Source: Oscillospiraceae bacterium
GTDB taxonomy: Bacteria; Bacillota; Clostridia; Oscillospirales; Oscillospiraceae
Direction: 5' to 3'
Assembly (NCBI GenBank): GCA_015067975.1
Contig: SVLK01000001.1
Coordinates: 21,513-85,512 of the forward strand
Length of the DNA stretch: 64,000 bases
In this document: in pieces, positions 59,419-64,000 of the stretch
Layout of the letters: every line of letters begins with the position of its first letter
Position numbering within the stretch: position 1 is the stretch's first letter
Made by a program: the position numbers and the translations under genes
Notes under the pieces: model-generated
Told to the model about the DNA's origin: nothing
Databases searched by the model: none
The model's input: only the letters and a program-made list of their open reading frames with translations

Positions 59419-59459
59419 AAAAAAAGAAAGGGTTCGCACTGCGAACCCTTTCTTTTTTT
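59419..59459. terminator. Bidirectional terminator
   Basis: AAAAAAGAAAGGGTTCGC-ACT-GCGAACCCTTTCTTTTTT. Confidence 0.85.
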
Positions 59460-59467
59460 GTATCGAT

Positions 59468-60565
59468 TCAGCGGGAAGCGTTGATGACCACCTTACCGGT
59501 GACGGCGGGGATGTACACGGTATCTCCGTCAACGTACTTCTTGGTCACGTCCTTGCCGTCCATGGTGACGGTGATATCCAGAGGGACTTCGCGGCCGGCG
59601 GAGAGGATGCACTCCAGAGCGGTGCCGTCCTGCACAACGGTGGGCTGCCCTTCAAGGACGATGACATCCTTCAGCTTATAGCTTACTTCGTGGGTCTTTA
59701 CGGAGTCGTCCACATAGCGGCTATAGTTATAGATGGCAGACACGAAGCAATCGGTGATGGCATCCATGCCGGCTAGACTGGGATGCAGATAATCATCCAC
59801 AATGTGGGCGGCGTAGGAGAGTTCGGACCCGGACATGCCGCTGTCCTTGTACAGATCGACAATATGAGCGCCGCTCTTCTCGGCGATGGTCTTGATGAAG
59901 CCGTTGAAGTAGGAGATGCGGTCGGTATTACCCTTGAGATCCTTGCGATCTAGAATAGTGAAGCAGAAGATCTCGGCGTTGGGATAACGGTGCTTGATGC
60001 GGGCCAACATCAGGGCATAGGCCTCGCAGAAGGATTCGGGATCCTTGTAGGAGCCGTCGGTGGCCACCAACTTGTCGTACTGGATGGTGGCGGGGCTGCC
60101 GTACATGCCGTTGGCGGTATTGAAGTCATTGGTGCCCAGATAGATGGCCACGATATCGGGCTCGCGGCCACTGTTGTCGTGGAGGTTCACGCTGCGGTCC
60201 CGGAAACCCTGAGAACCTTCGCCCTTTTGGGGCAGATAGGTGGTGCTGCCGGACCAGGAGTTGTTAACCAGAATCTCGGCGCCGGTCATCTCGGCGGCCT
60301 GATACCACCATGTATCTTCCAACTCGAAGCCATAGTAACCGCTCTTATAATAGACGGCGTTGTTGCCGATGGTGGAGTTGATGTCGGGGTTGTTGCTCAC
60401 GCCGCCAAAGGTAGAAATACTGTCGCCCATCACAGAAATGGTTTTGCCATCCAGAATACGGATGGGCTCCTTGGAAGAGGCGGAGCCGCCGCAGGCCGTT
60501 AGGCTGACAAGCAAAAGCAAAAGAAGTCCAAAAGACAAAATTCGGCGAAAGATATGACGTTCCAT
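59468..60565 (-). CDS. SGNH/GDSL-family esterase lipoprotein with a small C-terminal beta domain
   Basis: Lipobox LTAC, VMGDSIST, NNSWSG, YLGTND, DYLHP; ATG 60565. Confidence 0.88.
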   Translation of the reverse strand: MERHIFRRILSFGLLLLLLVSLTACGGSASSKEPIRILDGKTISVMGDSISTFGGVSNNPDINSTIGNNAVYYKSGYYGFELEDTWWYQAAEMTGAEILVNNSWSGSTTYLPQKGEGSQGFRDRSVNLHDNSGREPDIVAIYLGTNDFNTANGMYGSPATIQYDKLVATDGSYKDPESFCEAYALMLARIKHRYPNAEIFCFTILDRKDLKGNTDRISYFNGFIKTIAEKSGAHIVDLYKDSGMSGSELSYAAHIVDDYLHPSLAGMDAITDCFVSAIYNYSRYVDDSVKTHEVSYKLKDVIVLEGQPTVVQDGTALECILSAGREVPLDITVTMDGKDVTKKYVDGDTVYIPAVTGKVVINASR

Positions 60566-61111
60566 AGTATCAGATCCTTTCTTGTTGGTAAGATGAAAAG
60601 GGATGCACAAAAAGCCTACCATTAATTGAAGAAAAATGCAACTATTGCGTGAATTTTCTGAGATAAGAAAAGGAATGCAACAAAGTGCAGAAATGCGGCC
60701 GGGAAAAACCAGCTTTGTAAAACGAAGCAGTTTTTTCGCAAAGAGGTGCTTTTAGGGAAAATGTTGATATATTAGGAATAAAATGCGGCATGAAAGTCGG
60801 TGTTGGGGAAATATTTGCGACGTTTTGTGAAAATATACAAATAATAACGAAAAAATTTGCCAAAACAGCCAACTGTTGCTTCCTGTGTGCCGTTTCTTGC
60901 AAATTTTAGTTGCAATAATATGTAGTTTCTGTATAATGGGAAAATAGAAGCACAATCTCTATTTGCCTTGTGGACAAGGAGAAGAATTGCATGAACAAAA
61001 GATGTCTGTTCAGACACGGAAGTTGCCGGTGCTGCGGTAAAGGAAGTGTCGAAAGCAGAATTTCTGTTGTATTCTGCTCAGGAGTGTGCGATTTGAAATG
61101 GAGGAGAAAAT

Positions 61112-64000
61112 ATGGAAAACGATGTTCAGAAGAAACCCGAAACATCGAAGCGCAAGAAACTCTTGCCGCTGCTTCTGATCGTGGCCCTGCTGGTAGTCGG
61201 AGGTATTGTTGCCGGCATCACCCTTCTGGCAGGCCCCTCCCGAAAAACAGAAGTAGAAGTCGGTGATTTTGAAACGCTGAAAGAAGTGGTGGAATCCACG
61301 GAGAGCGAAAGAATCATCACCCTGACAAGTGACATTCAGATGACGGAGTCTATCACGATTCCCGCAAACGTGAAGATCACCATCGTGGACGACGGTACGC
61401 CCCGTACCCTGACCCGTCAGGATATGGATACCTGGATGTTCTGGGTGTCGGAAGATTCTGCACTGGAACTGAAGGGTACAACGGCCAAGGGCCTTGTGCT
61501 TGACGGCAACAGTGGCAATGTCAAGTGCGGTCCCGACGGCGCTATGCTGATTGGTGAATATGCCGAGTTCATGTTGGAAAACGTAATGTTGAAGGACAAC
61601 CGTACTAATAGCGGTATGGGCGGCCTGATGCGTGTTGTGACCTGCGACGTGACGGCAACCAACAGCTCCTTTACCGGCGGTACCTCCAAGAGCGGCGGTG
61701 CCGTGTATGCCATTGAGTCCAATTTGGCTTTTACTAACTGCGATATTTCTGAGAACAGATCTACGCAGGGCCATGGCGGCGCTCTGTATGTGGACAATGC
61801 CAGCACCTTGTCCCTGATGAGCTGCACCATGAACAACAACTACATCAACACCGGTTCCGGCTACGGCGGTGCATTTATCATCACCAACTTCAGCCAGGCC
61901 GAGATCGTGGACACTACCTTCGATGGCAACTATGTTGACCACGATGGCAGCGGTTGCGGCGGCGCTATGTATGTTGCATGGGGCAGCGTGGCTAACCTGT
62001 CGGGTAAGACTGTGGTCTCCAACAGCTATGCCAAGGCCGGTGGCGATACCAATGCTCTGGGTGGTGCTGTCTATATCAATGAAGGCAGCTCTATCAATAT
62101 TGGCGAGGGCGTTCTGTTCAGCGGTAACTCCGGTACCCACGGCGGCGCTATCTACGCCATTGATACCGCTGTGATTAACGTGGACGGTGCCGTTTTTACG
62201 GACAACCATACCACCAAGGGTAACGGCGGCGCCATCTACTGCTGGCGCGGTCCTACGCTGAATGCCAAGAACACTACCTTCCTGAAGAACTACACCAAGT
62301 CCGAAGCCAATGCTTACGGCGGTGCTGTGGCTATTGCCACCGGCGGTGCCAGCGGTACCATCGAGAGCTGCGTGTTCGAAGGCAACTACACGGACAACGT
62401 TGGTTTCTGCAACGGTGGTGCTCTGTTGGTCGGCGCGACCAGCAAGGTGACCATGAGCGGCAACAATGTGTTTAAGGACAACTGGGGCAAGTCCTCCGGT
62501 GGCAAGAACACCTGTGGCGGTGCAATCTACATTTCCGATGCTACGCTTGAGATGAGCGAAGGTACGGTCTTTACCGGCAACTCCGGTACCCACGGCGGTG
62601 CTGTGTATATGAACGCCAACGGCAAGTTCATCGTCGACGGTGCCAAGTTTAAAAACAACAAGTCTTATCTGGGCCACGGTGGTGCCGTTTGCGCCTGGAA
62701 CGGCGGCAGCATCTCTGCAACCAACTGCTCATTCACCAACAATACCATCGATAGTGCTACCGGTGGTTACGGTGGCGCTGTGGCAGTGTATAACGCAGAT
62801 GATCAGAAGAACACCAGTGTTGGTACCTTCACCGGCTGTACCTTTGACAGCAACTACATTGCCCGCTCTGGTAACATCCACACCAACGGTGGTGCCATGT
62901 ACATCGGTATGGGTGCTGATGTGACCGTCAACGGCGGTAGCGTGTTCTCCAACAACTATGCCAAGGTTAATAATGAAGAAGCCAACTGCTACGGTGGTGC
63001 GATCTATCTAAACACCGACAGTGTTCTGAACCTGGGCGCATCCACGTTCACCAACAACTATGCTGAGCTGGGTGGCGCAGTGATGGCCTACGGTGCTGCC
63101 AAGGTGAATGTGAACGGTGCAAGCTTCGTTGGCAACTATACTACTGTCGATCACGGCGGCGCTGTCTACACCATCAAGACACCCACTGCGATTTCCGGCA
63201 GTACATTTACTAAGAACTATGCTGAAAAGCACGGCGGCGCTGTGATGATCGTCGGTGTGGAAGAGGGCGAGAATGTCAGCAATGGCATCATCACTAACTG
63301 CACCTTTAACGGCAACTACAGCAAGACCCAGCGCGGCGGTGCTGTGGCTAGCTTCTATGCCAAGAACCTGGCAATCACCGGCAGTGCCTTTAATGAGAAC
63401 TACACTAACTACGCCCACGGCGGTGCGGTGTTTACGCAGAACATGCCTGTGGAGATTAAGTCCAGCACCTTCGCCAAGAATAGAGTGGAGAGCGAAGCTG
63501 GCGGTTACGGCGGTGCCGTTGCCATTGTCAATACGGAAGTGGCTGTTGCCAAGTCTTCCGGCGTGATTACCGATTGCGTGTTTGACGGTAACTATGCAAT
63601 CCGCACTGCAGGCGACAATGCTGCTTGCGGCGGTGCCGTGTATGCCGGTCTGGGTACTAAGCTGACCATCAACGGCACGAGCGAGTTCAAGAACAACTAT
63701 GTCAAGGCATTCAACCTTGCCAAGGCTTATAACGGTGGTGCCGTGTACGGTAATGACTACACGGAAATCACTGTGGCTGATACTGTCACCTTCACCAACA
63801 ACACCAGCCGTCTGGGCGGTGCTATTTGCACCATCGGCGCAACGAAGCTGGATGTTACCGGTGCCAAGTTCGATGCTAACAGCACCGACTACGGTCACGG
63901 CGGCGCTATCTATGCCGAAAATACCGTCGTTGGTCTGAAAGGTAGCACTTTCAGCAATAACAAGGTGGAATCCACGGCCACTGGTTACGGCGGTGCTGTG
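61112..64000 (+). CDS. Large membrane-anchored Pmp-like (GGA[IVLM]/FxxN repeat) right-handed beta-helix protein, partial (runs off window end; not in ORF track)
   Basis: GGAGGAG RBS; MENDVQKKPETSKRKK + TM LLPLLLIVALLVVGGIVAGITLL; frame read through to 64000 (963 codons) with about 25 F.xN...GGA(I/V/L/M) repeats. Confidence 0.9.
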   Translation, partial: MENDVQKKPETSKRKKLLPLLLIVALLVVGGIVAGITLLAGPSRKTEVEVGDFETLKEVVESTESERIITLTSDIQMTESITIPANVKITIVDDGTPRTLTRQDMDTWMFWVSEDSALELKGTTAKGLVLDGNSGNVKCGPDGAMLIGEYAEFMLENVMLKDNRTNSGMGGLMRVVTCDVTATNSSFTGGTSKSGGAVYAIESNLAFTNCDISENRSTQGHGGALYVDNASTLSLMSCTMNNNYINTGSGYGGAFIITNFSQAEIVDTTFDGNYVDHDGSGCGGAMYVAWGSVANLSGKTVVSNSYAKAGGDTNALGGAVYINEGSSINIGEGVLFSGNSGTHGGAIYAIDTAVINVDGAVFTDNHTTKGNGGAIYCWRGPTLNAKNTTFLKNYTKSEANAYGGAVAIATGGASGTIESCVFEGNYTDNVGFCNGGALLVGATSKVTMSGNNVFKDNWGKSSGGKNTCGGAIYISDATLEMSEGTVFTGNSGTHGGAVYMNANGKFIVDGAKFKNNKSYLGHGGAVCAWNGGSISATNCSFTNNTIDSATGGYGGAVAVYNADDQKNTSVGTFTGCTFDSNYIARSGNIHTNGGAMYIGMGADVTVNGGSVFSNNYAKVNNEEANCYGGAIYLNTDSVLNLGASTFTNNYAELGGAVMAYGAAKVNVNGASFVGNYTTVDHGGAVYTIKTPTAISGSTFTKNYAEKHGGAVMIVGVEEGENVSNGIITNCTFNGNYSKTQRGGAVASFYAKNLAITGSAFNENYTNYAHGGAVFTQNMPVEIKSSTFAKNRVESEAGGYGGAVAIVNTEVAVAKSSGVITDCVFDGNYAIRTAGDNAACGGAVYAGLGTKLTINGTSEFKNNYVKAFNLAKAYNGGAVYGNDYTEITVADTVTFTNNTSRLGGAICTIGATKLDVTGAKFDANSTDYGHGGAIYAENTVVGLKGSTFSNNKVESTATGYGGAV

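Noticed and set aside
155-62677. Many long antisense ORFs (e.g. 155-1720, 3297-4871, 7589-9382, 17424-18962, 28532-30301, 36856-38559, 46915-48237, 52950-54758, 61010-62677)
   Set aside because: Each mirrors a well-supported gene on the other strand and shows no family motifs. They are expected from GC-rich codon bias that removes stops in the antisense frame.
61600-64000. Recurrent GGCGGTGC(T/C) motifs as a CRISPR array or DNA repeat
   Set aside because: They are in-frame Gly-Gly-Ala codons with synonymous variation and irregular spacing, and no cas genes are present.
1-64000. Mobile elements, prophage, tRNA/rRNA and anti-phage defence genes
   Set aside because: I recognised no transposase, integrase, phage, nuclease or toxin motifs, no terminal repeats and no tRNA/rRNA-like sequence. 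The Arc-like RHH has no adjacent toxin.

Overview
This is a gene-dense chromosomal segment from a GC-rich Firmicute, probably Clostridia/Oscillospiraceae-like judging by gene content, Shine-Dalgarno style, a T-box and lipoprotein signal peptides. I saw no rRNA, tRNA, CRISPR array, IS element or prophage. The first ~43 kb is mostly housekeeping: a two-component system, DUF1385-prmC-recA-recX-rimO-pgsA, a Cys T-box with cysS, a family-4 UDG, glpK, a dpp/opp ABC transporter followed by an M81/MlrC peptidase, a two-gene SufC/SufB-like pair, feoAB with a small Cys-rich gene, an SPFH operon, fakA-asp23 and htrA. The most interesting part is an accessory catabolic locus at about 43.7-59.4 kb. It combines three unrelated phosphoesterase folds (GDPD, PHP, NPP/alkaline phosphatase), a Ugp-like ABC importer, a DeoR regulator, an FGGY kinase, a second M81 amidohydrolase, a transaldolase-fold enzyme with a non-canonical active site, two dehydrogenases (one frameshifted) and a cupin. 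Together these suggest an undescribed pathway for a phosphodiester-linked, possibly N-acylated, sugar or polyol. The window ends inside a large membrane-anchored Pmp-like GGA-repeat beta-helix protein (at least 963 aa) that the ORF track missed. All family calls come from motif recognition by eye; no database searches were run.
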